Shown here piece by piece: positions 18,549-29,131 of a stretch of 64,000 nucleotides of DNA. The stretch spans positions 13,359-77,358 of the forward strand of contig JBHJOI010000067.1 in NCBI GenBank assembly GCA_050329935.1, read 5' to 3'. Origin of the DNA: Thiotrichales bacterium (lineage in GTDB: Bacteria; Pseudomonadota; Gammaproteobacteria; UWMA-0217). Every line of letters begins with the position of its first letter. Within the stretch, counting starts at the first letter, position 1. Both the position numbers and the translations under genes were made by a program. The notes beneath the pieces are model-generated. The model ran no database searches, had not been told where the DNA came from, and saw only the letters and a program-made list of their open reading frames with translations.

Positions 18549-19788
18549 CGTGTTCAAGATTGCTGGCCGAAATCTTTCGCGCTACCGCCGGCGTACATTG
18601 CTGACATTATTACTGATCGTCATCGGCATGGTCGCGGTGTTGCTGTTCATGGCGGTGACGGGTTCCTTCAAGTCAATGATGGTCGGGCAAATCACCGATT
18701 CCGTGCTGGGCCACTTGCAGCTACATCGCAAGGGATACGTCGCCTCGATCGACAATCTGCCGCTCAATCTCAACCTCAAACCGGGGGTGATTGGCAAGAT
18801 CGAGGCCGCATTGGCGACCGACGAGCGGATCGAGAGTTGGTCGCCGAGGGTCAAGTTTGGCGGCATGTTCAGTAACTTCACCGAAACGACCGGCATTCGC
18901 GTCAATGGCGTCGACCCGGCGCGGGAGGCCGCCACGGTGCCACTGCTCCCCGGTCGGATCCAGGAAGGTACGCCGGGCGCCTCGTTGGTCGATCGGGGCG
19001 AGATCTTGATTCCGGTGCTACTTGCGCGAGGGATGAAGTCAAAAATCGGGGATACCGTGGTATTGGTCGCGACCAATCGCGATGGTTCAGTCAATGGCAA
19101 GACCTTTGTGGTGCGCGGCATTCTGGAGAGCATCTCCGGTCCCGGGGGCAGGGATGGCTATATCCACATCGACGACGCCCGCGACCTGTTGCGGATGGGC
19201 GAGGCGGAGGTTAGCGAAATCGCGGTGCGCCTGAAGGACGCGGCGCGACTAAGTCAGGTCGATGTGGCGCTAAAAAGCGCGCTTGGCGCGTTGTCCAATC
19301 CCGAAGGCAAGCCAATGCTGGAGGTGCATACGTGGGCCGACCTTTCACCATTCGCCAATCTCGCCCGCATGATCGACCTGATGACGCTATTCATAAAAAT
19401 CGTGCTGGTTTCGATTGTGCTTGTCAGCGTCATGAACGTGATGATCATGGCGGTTTACGAACGCATCCGCGAGATCGGCACGCTCGCGGCCCTCGGCACT
19501 CCCCCGCGCCGGATTCTCGCGCTGTTTCTGAGCGAGGGCTTGATGCTTGGAGTGCTCGGCACCGTGGCCGGGACGGCGCTCGCCTTGGGCGCGATTTGGG
19601 CGCTGAACGTCTGGCGGATCACATTTGCGTTCGGTCAGCAGCAAAACCTGGTACTCGCGCCGCACATCGCGGCCGCCGACGTGTTATCCATCGCCGCGTT
19701 GGTGGTCGCGGTCGCGATCGTTGCCAGCCTACAACCCGCGTGGAAGGCCTCGCGGCTCGACCCGATCCTTGCGCTGCGTCATGTCTAG
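18541..19788 (+). CDS. ABC transporter permease, FtsX/MacB/LolCE family (4 TM with a large periplasmic loop)
   Basis: N-terminal TM, a roughly 230-aa periplasmic domain, and three C-terminal TM helices. Start overlaps the ATPase gene. Confidence 0.85.
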   Translation: MFNVFKIAGRNLSRYRRRTLLTLLLIVIGMVAVLLFMAVTGSFKSMMVGQITDSVLGHLQLHRKGYVASIDNLPLNLNLKPGVIGKIEAALATDERIESWSPRVKFGGMFSNFTETTGIRVNGVDPAREAATVPLLPGRIQEGTPGASLVDRGEILIPVLLARGMKSKIGDTVVLVATNRDGSVNGKTFVVRGILESISGPGGRDGYIHIDDARDLLRMGEAEVSEIAVRLKDAARLSQVDVALKSALGALSNPEGKPMLEVHTWADLSPFANLARMIDLMTLFIKIVLVSIVLVSVMNVMIMAVYERIREIGTLAALGTPPRRILALFLSEGLMLGVLGTVAGTALALGAIWALNVWRITFAFGQQQNLVLAPHIAAADVLSIAALVVAVAIVASLQPAWKASRLDPILALRHV

Positions 19789-19798
19789 GAGCGACTCG

Positions 19799-20527
19799 AT
19801 GAAAACCTTGCTTTGTGTATTGGGCTGCCTGTTGGTCGTTCCCGTCCATGCCATCGATGGAACACAATTGCTGGCGGCGGTGGATCGCAATCTCGAACCC
19901 GAGTCGTACGAGATGTACCGCAAACTCATCAACATCGAGCCGGATGGAACCCGCAAGGAATTCGTGTTGTACTCGGTCAAGAAGGGGCGCGATAAAATCG
20001 TCGCGCTGTTTCTCTCGCCGTCCAGCGAAAAGGGGCGGGCGACTTTACGTCTCGGCGAAAATATGTGGCTTTACATTCCCGAAGTGGGTAAACCACTGCG
20101 CATTACCAGTCTGCAATCGGTGACCGGTGGTGTATTCAACAATGCCGATATCCTGCGTATCGATTACGCGGCCGAATACGACGTGGAACAGGTCGACGAT
20201 TCGCCCGATCAGCATTTGCTACACCTCAAGGCGAAATCCGGCGAGGTTGCCTACGATCGACTGAAGATGTGGGTCGACAAAGCTACCATGCTCCCGACTC
20301 GTATCGAATGTCGGGCGGCGAGCGGGTTGTTGATCAAAACGCTGCACTTCAAGGACGTTCAGGACTTCGGCGAGGGCATCAGGCGGCCCGCCACACTGGA
20401 GACCGACAGTCCGCTCCATCAAGGCTATCAATCGGTGATGCTATTCTCGCGGATCCATAAACGTGATCTCGCCGACGAGGTGTTTTCGCTGAATTACCTG
20501 CCACGGGTGGATGATCTGCGGCGGTGA
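19799..20527 (+). CDS. Outer-membrane lipoprotein-sorting (LolA-like) fold periplasmic protein with a signal peptide
   Basis: Signal peptide MKTLLCVLGCLLVVPVHA and AGGAG RBS. Family call is by recollection of LolA-like/DUF4292-type proteins. Confidence 0.6.
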   Translation: MKTLLCVLGCLLVVPVHAIDGTQLLAAVDRNLEPESYEMYRKLINIEPDGTRKEFVLYSVKKGRDKIVALFLSPSSEKGRATLRLGENMWLYIPEVGKPLRITSLQSVTGGVFNNADILRIDYAAEYDVEQVDDSPDQHLLHLKAKSGEVAYDRLKMWVDKATMLPTRIECRAASGLLIKTLHFKDVQDFGEGIRRPATLETDSPLHQGYQSVMLFSRIHKRDLADEVFSLNYLPRVDDLRR

Positions 20528-21837
20528 GCCGAATCACGATCGGCGGCGTGGGTGGCGTCCTCGCACTGTGGTGGCTGACGGCGGGTGCTACCGCGCTCGG
20601 CGCGGACACGTTCACGTTCGATCCCACCGAATTCGAGAAAAAGCCACTGGAGTTTGGCGGCTCGCTCGAATTCAAGCCGGAGCGAACCTGGCTAAATCAG
20701 GATGGCGCGCTGTATCAGCTCAATTTTTATTCGCGCGAGGATCGCGCGACCCTCGATCGCGCCTCGGCCACGCTCAAGCTCAATGGGAAGTACACCCATG
20801 GCGCCACCACGTTCAACCTCCGCGCCAATGCCGAATTGCGTGAGGATGCCCTGGCTACCGAGCGCGTCCGCCGGTTCGACGAGGCCTATCTGTCGTTTAA
20901 ACCCAATCCACGCTTAACGGTGGACGCCGGCAAGGTGACGCTCAAGTGGGGCAAGGGTTACGCCTGGAATCCGGTTGGTTTCGTCGAGCGGCCGAAGGAT
21001 CCGAACGATGTCGAACTAGCGCGCGAAGGGTTCACGTTGGTCGCGGCGGACTACATTCGGCATTTCGACGGCGCACTGCGTACGGTGGCCTTCACCCCTT
21101 TGTTGTTGCCGGTGACCGATGATATGAACCAGGATTTCGGCGAACCGGAGCACATTAACGTTGCGGCAAAGCTATACGGGCTTTATCGCGATACCGATAT
21201 CGATTTCACCTGGCTTTCGAACGGAAGTCGCACGCCGCGTTTTGGATTCGATTTCGCGCGCAATCTGACCCCGGCGCTGGAAGTCCATGGCGAGTGGGCG
21301 CGCGTGGCGGATGTCATCACACGCCTGGTTGATCCCCTCGGTGCAGTCACGACGCGGCGCGGCGACGCAACCAGTACATTGCTCGGACTGCGTTATCTGG
21401 CCGCGCGCGATACCACATTCGTGTTGGAATACTATCGTAACGGCGGCGGCTATACCGAGGCGCAAACAAATGATTTTTACACGGCGGTTGATATCGGATT
21501 GCAGCAGTTTCAAGCGACTGGCGACGACGCCTTGCTCGAGAAAATCAAGGGTGTGAGCCGAACCGGATTCGCGCGACCTAACGCGATGCAGCGGTATCTT
21601 TATTTTCGCGTCAGCCAGAAAGAGCCGTTCGATATGCTGTATTTCACACCCGCCGTGATCACATTGGTCAATCTCGACGATCGAAGCTATTCCGTGACAC
21701 CGGAAGTCGGTTACACGGGCATCACCAACCTGAACCTGCGAATGCGCGCCACCTGGCTAGGCGGACCCAAGAACAGCGAATTCGGCGATAAGCAAAACGA
21801 TGCCCGCCTGGAATTGATGGCGCGTTACTATTTTTAA
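20524..21837 (+). CDS. Putative outer-membrane beta-barrel protein (ends ...ELMARYYF)
   Basis: N-terminal signal-like segment, alternating amphipathic pattern, C-terminal aromatic (Y-Y-F terminus). Overlaps the upstream gene by 4 bp. Confidence 0.55.
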   Translation: MSRITIGGVGGVLALWWLTAGATALGADTFTFDPTEFEKKPLEFGGSLEFKPERTWLNQDGALYQLNFYSREDRATLDRASATLKLNGKYTHGATTFNLRANAELREDALATERVRRFDEAYLSFKPNPRLTVDAGKVTLKWGKGYAWNPVGFVERPKDPNDVELAREGFTLVAADYIRHFDGALRTVAFTPLLLPVTDDMNQDFGEPEHINVAAKLYGLYRDTDIDFTWLSNGSRTPRFGFDFARNLTPALEVHGEWARVADVITRLVDPLGAVTTRRGDATSTLLGLRYLAARDTTFVLEYYRNGGGYTEAQTNDFYTAVDIGLQQFQATGDDALLEKIKGVSRTGFARPNAMQRYLYFRVSQKEPFDMLYFTPAVITLVNLDDRSYSVTPEVGYTGITNLNLRMRATWLGGPKNSEFGDKQNDARLELMARYYF

Positions 21838-22221
21838 AGGACAGGATGCGTCGAATGACGTGCTGTTGACGTGGTAACGCCGAGTGTCCAGCGCTCGCCG
21901 TTCCCGGTCGGTAGCCCGCGAAGGTCGCTAATCGGGTTCGCCCGTGGTGGTTTCGCGGGTTTTGTATGCGCGCGCAATACCAGCGCTCGGCTGTGTAGAT
22001 GCGGTCAGCGCGCGTCGCCGACGGGCTTGCCACGAGTTCTAACCAGCCCCTGCGTTGCTTACCCCATGACCGAGAGTGCGAGGAAACGGCGCCGCGGGTA
22101 GCGAAGTTGTATGTCGTTTTTTCGGGGAATCGAACGGATCCCGTTGCGGCGGCGCCCGCGTTCCATTTCTGCCGGTCGTCGCCCTCGGTCTGCGCGAGTG
22201 CCACCTGGGCCATAGAATCGC

Positions 22222-22875
22222 TCAAGCCGCGCTTTTCCGCTCCGCGCGCGCCTGTTCGAGCAACGCGTCGGCGATCGCGAGATGGTCGCGGAATGTTTTT
22301 GCGTTCTTGGCGACAACCGAGTAACGCCCATCGATGGTGAGCAGCGGTACGCTCTGAACGTTGTATTCGACCACCCGTTGTTCGTCGCGTTTCAGGCGCG
22401 AGGTGGCGCCGAGGGATTCAAAGGCATTCACGAAACGCTTTTCGTCGACACCGTTCTTCTTGACCCAGGCGACGATCGCGGGTTGGGTGAACAGTTTGAC
22501 CCGCTCGTGGTGTAGTGCGCGGAATACGTCCTCGTCGAGGCGTGCGAGGTCGCCCGTCGCCTGTAGGGCGTAGTAGAGCCGTGCCAGATTGGCCCAGGCG
22601 GCGCGGTTGAAGCTGACCGGCACGCGTTTGAAGCTTACGTCCTTCGGCAGTCGCGTGGCCCAGTCCATCACGATCGGATGAAATTCCATGCAATGCGGGC
22701 AGCCATAGGAGAAAAACTCCAGTACCTCGATCACGTCGCCTTCGGCGCTCGTTTGTGGTGGTTGAACCAACTCGAAATCGCTGCCAAGGACCGGTACGTT
22801 GGCTTGTGCGGGCAGTGCGAAGGCGCCAAGCGTGGCGAGTACGATGCGGTGAAAATCGCGGCGAGAGAGTGTCAT
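22222..22875 (-). CDS. dsbA: Thiol:disulfide interchange protein DsbA (Tat/Sec signal; CPHC active site)
   Basis: FSYGCPHCMEFHP thioredoxin-fold active site. Confidence 0.85.
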   Translation of the reverse strand: MTLSRRDFHRIVLATLGAFALPAQANVPVLGSDFELVQPPQTSAEGDVIEVLEFFSYGCPHCMEFHPIVMDWATRLPKDVSFKRVPVSFNRAAWANLARLYYALQATGDLARLDEDVFRALHHERVKLFTQPAIVAWVKKNGVDEKRFVNAFESLGATSRLKRDEQRVVEYNVQSVPLLTIDGRYSVVAKNAKTFRDHLAIADALLEQARAERKSAA

Positions 22876-23378
22876 GCGTGGTCTCGTGGGTTCGGTTTCA
22901 GGAACAGCGCCCAGAGGGCGAGTAAGAAAAACGTCGTGAAAGCCATCAGCGACGCGTTGGCCAGGGTCAGGCCCAGGATACGGAGTTCGGGCTCATCGCA
23001 AAAGCCGGTGGCGAGAAACAGTCCGGGCATCCGCTCACCCAGCCATTCGACCAGTCGCTCGATCGCGCTTGGATCGCCACCAACGCAGGACGCCGTGCCC
23101 GGCGGTTGCATTTCGAGCCAGGTCTGGAATGCCGCCGTGCCGAAGCCGGTGATGATGACGAGCAGGCTTGCGAATCCAGCCACGCGGCCGGCTGCGAGCG
23201 AAAGCGCGGCTGCGAGCAGTGCCGACACGGCCAGCGCCATGAACAGCAGGCGTTGAAAGATGCATAGGTGGCAGGGGCTCAGATCGAGCAAGATCGTCAG
23301 CACCACGCTGCCTGACGCCAGTGCGGCGGCGCCGAGGCCGACCGCGAGCCAGGCCGAACGTCTGGAGTTCAGATTCAT
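22872..23378 (-). CDS. dsbB: Disulfide bond formation protein DsbB
   Basis: 4-TM protein with CHLCIFQR and CVGGDP Cys pairs. Overlaps dsbA by 4 bp. Confidence 0.8.
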   Translation of the reverse strand: MNLNSRRSAWLAVGLGAAALASGSVVLTILLDLSPCHLCIFQRLLFMALAVSALLAAALSLAAGRVAGFASLLVIITGFGTAAFQTWLEMQPPGTASCVGGDPSAIERLVEWLGERMPGLFLATGFCDEPELRILGLTLANASLMAFTTFFLLALWALFLKPNPRDHA

Positions 23379-23851
23379 TTAGGCACGAGCGGGCGGCTTT
23401 CGGCCTGCCAGCGGGTGACGCCGCCATTGAGATACCACACATTGCTGTACCCCAGCAGCCGCAACGCCATCACGACCTGGGTGCTGCGTGGACCCGTGTC
23501 GCAGTAGACGAGGATTGCGTCGTCCTTGGACGCGGGCAGCTTGTCGAGGTTGCCGATCAATTCGTAATACGGGGCATGAACGGCGCCCTTGATTAAGCCG
23601 GTCGACAACTCGTCGCTCGGACGAACATCGAACACGAAGTAGAAGTCGTCGCGTGGGTCGTCCTGGAGCGCGTTCGGCTGGATGCGTAGATTCTCGATCG
23701 GTTGCTCGGCGAGGTAGCCGTTGATCGCTTCCTTGAGTCCGGAATCGGCCGCGACAATGCCGGCCGTCCCGAGCCACAAGGGTAATACCAGCGCGAGCGC
23801 CGTGCGCCGCCACGGCGGGATGGACGATGAAATCAGGTTGTAGCTAGGCAT
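23375..23851 (-). CDS. Periplasmic single-domain rhodanese (sulfurtransferase), active-site Cys in YCDTGPRS
   Basis: Signal peptide, rhodanese CDTGxR loop. Overlaps dsbB by 4 bp. Confidence 0.75.
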   Translation of the reverse strand: MPSYNLISSSIPPWRRTALALVLPLWLGTAGIVAADSGLKEAINGYLAEQPIENLRIQPNALQDDPRDDFYFVFDVRPSDELSTGLIKGAVHAPYYELIGNLDKLPASKDDAILVYCDTGPRSTQVVMALRLLGYSNVWYLNGGVTRWQAESRPLVPK

Positions 23852-23866
23852 CTTGTCTCCGGGGGC

Positions 23867-24801
23867 TCAGGTATGTGAATGGGGTCGCGGGCGCGAAGGC
23901 CACCAGCGCACGGTACGGGTGACGGGTTCCGGTTGCAGCGTGGCGTGGTGAATGCCGAAGCGCTCGCTTAGCAGTGCGTGACTTGCTTCCAGCACCTGTT
24001 CCCAACGCGCGATGTCATGCACCACGAGGTGTGCGCTCAGCAGCGGCCGGTCCGACTTGACACTCCAGATGTGCAGGTCGTGCACCGAGCTGACGCCGGG
24101 CACGCCCGCCAGCGCCTGTCCGACCGCGGTCGCGTCGAGATCGAGCGGAACACCTTCCATCAGTCCGTGCAAGGCCTCGCGCAGCAGCCGCAGACTCGAA
24201 ACCAGGATCAGCAGCCCGATCGCGAGCGACAGCAGCGGATCGATTGGTGTCCAGTCGGTCAATACGATCACGATGCCGGCGACCAACGCCGCGACCGAGC
24301 CTAGCAGATCACCCAGCACGTGCAACAACGCCGCGCGGGTATTGAGGTTGCGCTCGCCGCGCAGCAACATCCAGGCCACGACGACATTGATCGCCAGGCC
24401 GAGCGCGGCGGTGACGAACACGGCCTCGCCGACCACCGGGCGCGGGGCTTGCAACCGCTCCACGGCGGAGATCACCAGCCAGGTGACCAGCGTTAGCAGC
24501 GCGGTGCTATTAAGCATCGCGGCGATGAACTCGGCTCGGCCCAGACCGTAACTGTGGCGCGTTGACGCGGGCTTTCGCGCTAGCCACGCCGCCACCGCGG
24601 CGAGTGCCAGCGCTGCGGCGTCATTCAGCATGTGCCCCGCGTCGGCGACCAGAGCCAGCGATCCCGCCCACAACCCGACGCTCGCCTCCACCGCCGCGAA
24701 TACGAGCGTCAGCGCGGTTGCCCAGGCCAGCATGTTGCCGGTGCCGGCGTGCGAGTGGTGATGTCGATGCTCGTGGTCGGCGCGGGTGTGCGGTCCGCTC
24801 A
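23867..24801 (-). CDS. Cation diffusion facilitator (CzcD/ZitB-like) metal efflux transporter, start at MSGPHT
   Basis: His-rich N-terminus (HEHRHHHSH), 6 TM, CDF signature region. The longer listed ORF overlaps the upstream gene and is rejected. Confidence 0.8.
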
Positions 24802-26058
24802 TGCTTGGCCTCGGGTCAAGCGCGCGGCGACCCAGGTGATCGCGATCGCAAGCGTCAGCAGACCGAACGCAACGCCGATGTGACTGATCCGCTCCGGAGC
24901 CAGCAGCAACACCGATCCGAGCGCCAGCATCATGACCCCCGACATGAGTTTCAGTAAACGACCCTCGCGCTCCGTGAGCTTGCGCGCACCCAGCGTGCGC
25001 GCGAACAGGGTGACGATCAGCGCCAACGGCAACACGTAAATCAGGTTGTACGCGGCCAGATAGAGATAGCGTCCCGCCGGCGAAAGCTCCGCGAGCGTGA
25101 GCACCCGGGTATAGACCATAGGAAACCCGGCGGTACACAGCAACTCGTAAAAATTCGCCGCCACCGCGAGAACCACTGTGGCCCCCACCATGGCAGGAAA
25201 GCGTTCGGCACTCAGAATGGCTCGCGCGCGGCGGAACAATTCGGGCTTTTTCGCCGCCGGTATCGACAAGGTCAAGCCACGCTCGAAGATAAAAAAATCC
25301 TTAACGTTCACCGCGCCCACGAATATCGCAAGTACACCCGCCGCGAGCGTGACCCACGCGAAATGGCCAAAGAACTGAAACACATTCAGCCAGGCGGCCA
25401 TGAATGCGAAATACATCAACCCCGAGATCGTGATGAAAATCCCGCCGATGATTGCCATTCGGCGCCGGTCACGCTGGTGCGTCAGCATCGAGAGTAGAAA
25501 CAGCAGCACGAAGAATGCGCAAGGATTGAACGCGTCCAGTCCGGCAAGCACCAGCGTCAGGACCGGGAGCGAGAGGTGATTCGGGTCGAGATCGCCGACC
25601 AGTGGAACCTCGATCACCGCCGGCGCCTGTGCCAACGGCGGTGCGGGTGCGTGGGTGCCAAGCACGCGCGCGTGGCAGGCGTCCAGGCGTTGCCGGATCA
25701 GCGCTCCAGTCGTCGTATCGCCGCCCCATCCAACGTGCATCTCGCCGCAAAAAATAACCGCAGGTACCGAGCGTGCCTCGCCACCCGCCTGGCGCGCCAA
25801 GGATTGGAACAACGCGACGTGTTCGGGATGGCGAGTCAGCTCCAGTGCATGAAACTCGACCCACGGGCGGGCGGTTGGGATCGCCTCGACATGGGGATGA
25901 GCCTCGGTGCAATGCGGGCAGGTGAGCGCCCAGAAGAAGTAAAGTTGGACCTTCGGTCGTCCGTCCGCGTCCATAGTCAACCATGGATCATCGGCTTGCA
26001 CCGAAATCGCGGTGAGTGCGAGGACGAACACGAGTAGGGCGACGACACGAGGCGGCAT
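24799..26058 (-). CDS. Thioredoxin-like periplasmic domain (CPHC) fused to a CcdA/DsbD-family transmembrane thiol-electron transporter
   Basis: LTCPHCTEAHP Trx motif, then a DsbD-type core with Cys in TM helices (NPCAF...LLCTAGFP). Confidence 0.7.
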   Translation of the reverse strand: MPPRVVALLVFVLALTAISVQADDPWLTMDADGRPKVQLYFFWALTCPHCTEAHPHVEAIPTARPWVEFHALELTRHPEHVALFQSLARQAGGEARSVPAVIFCGEMHVGWGGDTTTGALIRQRLDACHARVLGTHAPAPPLAQAPAVIEVPLVGDLDPNHLSLPVLTLVLAGLDAFNPCAFFVLLFLLSMLTHQRDRRRMAIIGGIFITISGLMYFAFMAAWLNVFQFFGHFAWVTLAAGVLAIFVGAVNVKDFFIFERGLTLSIPAAKKPELFRRARAILSAERFPAMVGATVVLAVAANFYELLCTAGFPMVYTRVLTLAELSPAGRYLYLAAYNLIYVLPLALIVTLFARTLGARKLTEREGRLLKLMSGVMMLALGSVLLLAPERISHIGVAFGLLTLAIAITWVAARLTRGQA

Positions 26059-26175
26059 GACACCGTTATGATATACCCCGCTCAAATGAAATTCTCGCAC
26101 GCCTCGCGCGTTGCCAGTGCTGGGCCGTTTCGTGTCGCGGCGCGTGGGGTTTTCGGAATCGAACCGCGATTCTGC

Positions 26176-26613
26176 TCAGCGATCGCCGAGATGAAATATC
26201 CGCTCCCACCAGCGTCGGCGCACGCCGGGCAGCGGCGCATCGTCCTCGATCCGCGTTGGACGCAGACGGCTTAAGATCCAGCGCGGCGGAATGCGCTGGC
26301 CGCTGCTGCCGCAGGAGCTGCCGAGGTGGTGCGGGTCGTAGATTTTGATGAGGGCGGGCGCTCCCGGGTCGTCGGCATAGACGATGCCGCAGTAGTCGTG
26401 TTCGTGCTCGCGCCGCAGCAGGGTGTCGATTTCCTGCACGAAGTGGTGCAAGGCATCCGCGTTCAGGGTGACTTCGGGTGGTGTCTGGCCGGCGAGACTG
26501 GCGTACCAGCCGTCAGGCTCGGCGCGCACCCGCGTCCACAATGCATCGAGATCGGACCAACGTAGGATGCCGCGAAACGGGCCGTTGATGCGAAGCGCGA
26601 ATTCGGATTGCAT
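26176..26613 (-). CDS. Hypothetical protein (145 aa)
   Basis: Coding-like composition and a GGGGAA RBS. No recognisable motif. Confidence 0.45.
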   Translation of the reverse strand: MQSEFALRINGPFRGILRWSDLDALWTRVRAEPDGWYASLAGQTPPEVTLNADALHHFVQEIDTLLRREHEHDYCGIVYADDPGAPALIKIYDPHHLGSSCGSSGQRIPPRWILSRLRPTRIEDDAPLPGVRRRWWERIFHLGDR

Positions 26614-26793
26614 GCGTGGTTCCCCGGGTTGATCGACGTCGAAATCGCGAAGGTGTCATGGGTCGAGCCGAAATGACGCGGCGCCATTCCTGCCATCGGA
26701 CCGTCTCGCGACCCGCTCATTATGGCCTCGCGACACATGCCTTGTTGAGCTGTCAGTGACCGAAGCCGATCCCACTCAAGTCCGACCGGGCGG

Positions 26794-27705
26794 CTAGGCT
26801 GGGTCGCCGAGCAGCAGTTCCAACAGTGCCTTTTGCGCGTGGAGCCGATTCTCCGCTTCTTCCCACACCACGCTTTGACCGCCTTCCAGCACCTCGGTGG
26901 AGACTTCCTCGCCGCGGTGCGCGGGCAGGCAGTGCATGAACAGCGCGTCGGGATTTGCCTCCGCCATCAGCGCTGCATTAACTTGGTAGCCCGCGAACAC
27001 ACGGGCGCGTTCGCGTTGTTCTTCCTCTTGTCCCATGCTCGCCCAAACGTCGGTGACCACGAGATCCGCGCCCGCGGCGGCGCGCAGTGGATCGCGCTCG
27101 ATCTCGATCCGATCTCCGGCGGCGGCGAGTAGCGCGGCGTTTGGATCATAACCTTCTGGCGCGCCGACCCGAAGCTTGAACTCGAACTGCATCGCGGCTT
27201 CGATGTACGAATTGCACATGTTGTTGCCGTCGCCAATCCAGGCGACGGTCTTGCCGGCGATGCCGCCGCGGTGTTCGATGAACGTCATTACGTCCGCCAA
27301 TAACTGGCAGGGATGATGGTCATCGGTCAGCCCATTGATGACGGGGACCTGGGAGTACGCCGCGAATTTTTCGACGATGCTGTGCTGGTGGGTGCGGATC
27401 AACACCCCGTCGACCATTCGCGACAGGACCCGCGCGGTGTCTTCGAGCGGTTCACCGCGTCCCAATTGGGTGTCGCGTGAACTCAGGAACAACGCGGTGC
27501 CGCCAAAATGCGCCATGCCGACCTCGAACGAGACCCGGGTGCGGGTCGAGGACTTGTCGAAGATCATTCCAAGCGTCTTGCCTTGCAGCACCGAATGACG
27601 TTCCCCGCGTTTGTGCAGCGCCTTGAGTTCGATCGCGCGCTCAAGCATCGCGAGCAGTTGTTGGCCGGAAAGGTCGCGGAGGGTCAGGAAGTGCTGAACG
27701 GACAT
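26794..27705 (-). CDS. argF: Ornithine carbamoyltransferase, start at MSVQHFL (303 aa)
   Basis: STRTR carbamoyl-phosphate motif, [10 protein letters not shown], DxxxSMG. The Arg-rich N-terminal extension of the listed ORF is rejected. Confidence 0.85.
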   Translation of the reverse strand: MSVQHFLTLRDLSGQQLLAMLERAIELKALHKRGERHSVLQGKTLGMIFDKSSTRTRVSFEVGMAHFGGTALFLSSRDTQLGRGEPLEDTARVLSRMVDGVLIRTHQHSIVEKFAAYSQVPVINGLTDDHHPCQLLADVMTFIEHRGGIAGKTVAWIGDGNNMCNSYIEAAMQFEFKLRVGAPEGYDPNAALLAAAGDRIEIERDPLRAAAGADLVVTDVWASMGQEEEQRERARVFAGYQVNAALMAEANPDALFMHCLPAHRGEEVSTEVLEGGQSVVWEEAENRLHAQKALLELLLGDPA

Positions 27706-27716
27706 GAAGGATTTCC

Positions 27717-28892
27717 TCAGGCCGAAAGGAATTCGCGCACCAGCGGCGCGAGGATGGCGATGATCTGGTCGGCTTGTTCGCGATCCAGCACCAGCGGCGG
27801 CAGCAACCGGATGACGGAGTTCGCGGTGACGTTGATCAACAGTTTTTGTTCGAGCGCGCGGGCGACCAGCGTCGCGCACGGCCGGTCGAGTTCCACGCCG
27901 AGCATCAAGCCGTGGCCGCGGACTGCGACGACCCCCGCCAGCGATCCGAGTGCTTCGTTCAATCCCGTATACAGGTAGTTGCCGATCCGCGCCGCGTTGC
28001 CGCGCAAGTCCTCGGTGGTGATCGATTCGAGCACCGCGGTCGCGGCCGCGCAGGCGAGCGGATTTCCGCCAAAAGTGGAGCCGTGGTTGCCGGGGGCGAA
28101 GGTTTCGGCCGCCGCGCCGCGTGCGACGCAGGCCCCGATCGGGAAGCCGCCGCCGAGTCCTTTGGCGAGTGCCATGACATCGGGTTTCACGCCGGTATGC
28201 TGGAACGCGAACCACTCGCCGGTGCGACCGACGCCGGTTTGTACTTCATCCAGCATCAGCAGCCAGCCGCGGTCGTCGCACAGCTGTCTAAGGCCCGGCA
28301 GATAGTCGGTGGATGGAATTCGAATGCCGCCTTCCCCCTGGACCGGTTCGACCAGCACGGCCACCACGTCGGCGTGCACCGCACCGAGCGCGCGAACTGC
28401 GTCGAGGTCGTCATAAGGCGCGCGCAGGAATCCTTCGACCAGCGGTTCGAAGCCGGCCTGGATCTTGGCGTTTCCGGTGGCGGTCAGGGTCGCGAGCGTG
28501 CGGCCGTGAAACGAGCCGTCCATCACGATGATGCGCGGGATCGCGACGCCGCGTTGATGTCCGTACAGCCGCGCGACCTTGATCGCGGCCTCATTGGCCT
28601 CGGCGCCGGAATTGCAGAAGAACACCCGCTCCATTTCCGCCAGCGTGCACAGACGCTCGCCGAGCGCCTGTTGTTCTTCGATCCGGTAAAGATTGGACAC
28701 ATGCATCAGTCGTCGCGATTGATTGCATAGCGCTTCGGTCAGCCGAGGGTGGGCGTGCCCCAGACTGTTGACCGCCACGCCGCTAACCGCATCGAGATAG
28801 CGTTGACCAGCGGTATCCCACAGCCACGCGCCTTCGCCATGCGTGAAGGTCACGTTCTGCCGAGCGTAGGTATGCATCAAGAAATCGCGCAT
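27717..28892 (-). CDS. argD: Acetylornithine aminotransferase (class III PLP aminotransferase)
   Basis: PLP-lysine region [18 protein letters not shown] and the Gly-rich [13 protein letters not shown]. Lies directly upstream of argF. Confidence 0.85.
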   Translation of the reverse strand: MRDFLMHTYARQNVTFTHGEGAWLWDTAGQRYLDAVSGVAVNSLGHAHPRLTEALCNQSRRLMHVSNLYRIEEQQALGERLCTLAEMERVFFCNSGAEANEAAIKVARLYGHQRGVAIPRIIVMDGSFHGRTLATLTATGNAKIQAGFEPLVEGFLRAPYDDLDAVRALGAVHADVVAVLVEPVQGEGGIRIPSTDYLPGLRQLCDDRGWLLMLDEVQTGVGRTGEWFAFQHTGVKPDVMALAKGLGGGFPIGACVARGAAAETFAPGNHGSTFGGNPLACAAATAVLESITTEDLRGNAARIGNYLYTGLNEALGSLAGVVAVRGHGLMLGVELDRPCATLVARALEQKLLINVTANSVIRLLPPLVLDREQADQIIAILAPLVREFLSA

Positions 28893-29046
28893 CGCGTGTT
28901 TTCCAACCCCTGAAAATAAAAGCGGCGGCCGGCGCCACCGCAAGCCAACCAAAATACCGAAATTGGATGTGCGATGGAAGGCTGAGGGCCATAAAACTGG
29001 GGGTTGGTGCGCGAAATGCGTGGTTTTTTGCGCGCCTGCATGGCTG

Positions 29047-29086
29047 TGTCATCAAAACGTTATCGCAACGTCACCGTGCGGTCATA
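29047..29086 (+). promoter_or_regulatory. Pho-box-like array: four 7-bp repeats at 11-bp periodicity (TGTCATC-aaaa-CGTTATC-gcaa-CGTCACC-gtgc-GGTCATA)
   Basis: It is in the position of a -35 region upstream of btaA. The outer repeats match the PhoB half-site CTGTCAT well. Confidence 0.45.
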
Positions 29087-29131
29087 CCGCGCGGTTAGGC
29101 TGGCGCGATTTAAGGACAAGTGAGTCGCCGT

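Noticed and set aside
26794-28215. N-terminal 170-aa extension of the argF ORF (and similar extensions of fccA, the CDF gene and the OmpR-type RR)
   Set aside because: The extensions are Arg/Pro-rich read-through into the upstream gene. Internal Met codons with RBSs give proteins of canonical length.
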